A program made the position numbers and the translations under genes. 64,000 bases of DNA from Selaginella moellendorffii (Eukaryota > Plantae > Lycopodiophyta): assembly GCF_000143415.4 (NCBI RefSeq), contig NW_003314352.1, forward strand, positions 53,602 through 117,601. The letters are read 5' to 3'. Every line of letters starts with the position of its first letter. Position 1 is the first letter of the stretch. Shown here piece after piece: positions 61,641 to 64,000 of the stretch. The notes beneath the pieces were generated by a model. That model was not told the DNA's origin, searched no databases, and saw nothing but the letters and a program-made list of their open reading frames with translations.

Positions 61641-62963
61641 ATTTCCAGACGCTGGTGAGAATGATCTTTAGTTTTCTTATTTAATATTATTTTTTGAATC
61701 AAATAATTATATAAAAATAATAATTTAAATTTGAAGATTATGATGGTATAATTTATACCAAGTGAAATCATTTTAATTCACCATTGCAATTTATAAAGGG
61801 ACTATAGTGAGAAGTGAGCATTTATTTTGTTGGTATTTCATTCACATCTCAAACAGAACAAAGTAAATGGAATAACATAAAATATAGGTGTTTGTATAAG
61901 ATCATTTTTTCGTTATCTTAGTTTTGGTTAAGGATATGTGATCTTAAGCCAAACCCAAGCTTAACTTAGCTCACCCATGTAGCCAGCTTGCTATTGCTGG
62001 GTTCAATTTTAGATTGAAGGTATTAAGCCCTTCAAAAGTGACAAAGACAGAAATTCTTTTCTTCCTGGAAGTTCTCCACAACCATGTCAGTAACATCATG
62101 TGTTTATAGACTTCTAAAAAGAATATGATCTAGCTGTTGAAAATAACTAGACTAAGAGGTGTTGACCAACCTTGAACAATTGCAGCATTTTTGGTGTGGA
62201 AATCCACACTATTTCCACAAAAAGCATCCAAGGACACAATAGTGATCTGGCTGCTACAGGCACCTACTTTCTTGAGCATCACAAGAAGTGTGGGTGATGG
62301 AAGATTGCATGGCAGCCTTGTTGCACCAAGGTGAGTGATCTTCTTTAATGTATTATTTCCTTTGACCCTGATGACCTTGAAAACCAACAAAAATAAATGT
62401 TATTCTAAGAATATTCTTTTTCAAAAGTATAAAGGTTAAATGTTAAAAAGAGATTTACAGCTGACACATAGATTGCACAAAAGACTTTTACCTTGGGAAA
62501 ATTGGGGTCCAACACCAAACAGTAACATCATAGAGATCTAGGTGGGATGCTTGATGTTAACTCATGTACCACCTATCCAGATGCCCATGCGGCATATGGG
62601 CATCTAGATAACTTATATGCAGTAAAGCCTGATCTGTATTAAGGAACAAGGTGTGCTTTCCTAAACTCAAAGCATGGTGTGACACCATGTAGCTCAGTCA
62701 GGCACTCAATTTTGAGAATATTCTTTCTTAATCTAGGTGTTAACTACCAGTTTAATCCAATAGTTGTGCTAATTTATTTGAACCAATATTAGATACAAAT
62801 ATACTGATTTTCGGTGAGTACTATTATTATTATTATTATTATTTATAAGTTTAAGATCATTAGTAGAAAACATGAGATCACATAAATCAGAATATTTGGG
62901 TTTGAAAAAAGTCTAGCAACTGATTAGTTGTACCTTAGATGTTTGACTTAATGCAGTGTAGAT

Positions 62964-62970
62964 TATAAAA
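62964..62970 (+). promoter_or_regulatory. Candidate TATA box
   Basis: TATAAAA about 40 nt upstream of ATG 63004. Confidence 0.45.
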
Positions 62971-63003
62971 GGAAGTTCTTTTACCTCATATTACCATGTA
63001 AGT

Positions 63004-64000
63004 ATGGAAAACAAAACATTTCTCTATTTAGTTTTATTACTTGCAGTCATTCTGAAAAATGAGAATTTTTGTGCTGCCACTACAAGTATCAAAGTGGATG
63101 GCTATGTTTATTGTACTAACTGTGGTTCACTCTCTCAGAATGGCATCTTCAGTAAGAAAAATGATCTATCTTCTGTATTTTTCTAATCATGTTATATCTT
63201 TCAGATGCCAAAGTAAACCTAGTTTGTCCAGGAGACAGTGATTCATCATTTACAAATAGAAGAGGATACTTTAATATCTTTCAATTAGTGAAGACTGGAA
63301 CAGATATTGGGAGTTGTCAAGTGAGTGTGGATACAAGTAGAGCACCCCAGGGGTGTTCTTTCTTAACAGACATAAATGGTGGATCAAGTGGCCAATCTTT
63401 AAGCACATGCACCAATAATGGAAATAAGAAGTTCACTTGTGGACCCTATTATTTTACTCCAAATGCTTGTTCACCTCCACCACCACCAAGTTCTCCACCT
63501 CCACCACCACCAAGTCCACCTCCTCCTCCTCCACCACCACCACGACTAAAAACTCCACCGCCACGACCTAGAAAACCACCACCACCACCCCCTAGAACAC
63601 CACCCCTACCGCCGAACCCCCCCACACGAACTCCTCCACCACCACCCCCTAGAACACCACCACTACCACCAAAACCACCAATACGAACACCACCACCACC
63701 ACCTCGAACACCACCACCACTACCACCAACACCACCAACACCAACACCACCACCACCACCAACAACTCCTCCGCCACCACCACCAACAACACCACCACCA
63801 CCACCACCAAGACCTCCACCACCACCACCACCAAGAACACCACCACCACCACCACCACGAACACCTCCACCACCACTACCACCACCACCACCATCGCCAC
63901 CGACAACAACACCACCTCCACCACCACCAAGAACACCTCCACCACCACGACTAGCGACACCACCCCCACCAACTCCAACACTACCACCACCACCACCATG
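63004..64000 (+). CDS. Secreted Pollen Ole e 1-domain / extensin-like proline-rich protein (3' partial): join(63004-63151, 63205->64000)
   Basis: Signal peptide, VDGYVYCTNC, a 53-nt GTAAGA...TTTCAG intron, AKVNLVC...TNRRGYF...C...C..LTDINGG, then SPPPP/TPPPP repeats. Confidence 0.88.

Noticed and set aside
62000-62700. Possible exon remnants on the minus strand (ORF 62130-62390)
   Set aside because: Some splice-like signals are present but no recognisable protein motif.
63649-63999. Poly-Val ORF on the minus strand
   Set aside because: It is the antisense reading of the CCA-rich extensin coding sequence.

Overview
This is land-plant nuclear DNA: it has TTTAGGG repeats, an Ole e 1/extensin gene, an S-domain kinase remnant and 45-57 nt introns. 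The intron sizes would fit a compact genome such as a Selaginella-like lycophyte, which is an inference. About 60 kb is a nest of transposons whose boundaries can mostly be resolved to the base from TSDs. Two things stand out. (1) A ~13.4-kb cut-and-paste DNA transposon (15733-36652; 24-bp TIRs, TAAG TSD, Sola-like DDD transposase) has a second, truncated copy at 50204-55393. It carries a divergently transcribed gene of about 11 exons that joins a ParB-like domain, a degenerate permuted adenine/N4-methyltransferase-like domain and an FCP1/HAD phosphatase domain. The element is studded with about 24 copies of a 22-bp palindrome, ATGGCRTG-N6-CAYGCCAT, many inside its own introns. This resembles a ParB/parS-like or VANC-like self-recognition system. 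(2) A young, otherwise intact Ty3/gypsy chromovirus (23478-31008, TSD AGAAT) has its integrase interrupted by two GT-AG spliceosomal introns (47 and 52 nt). Both are also present in an older copy, so they apparently survive retrotransposition. The remainder is other LTR families, a TRIM, MULE remnants, a kinase pseudogene and one host gene at the right edge. Domain calls were made by eye from motifs and need HMM or structure confirmation.
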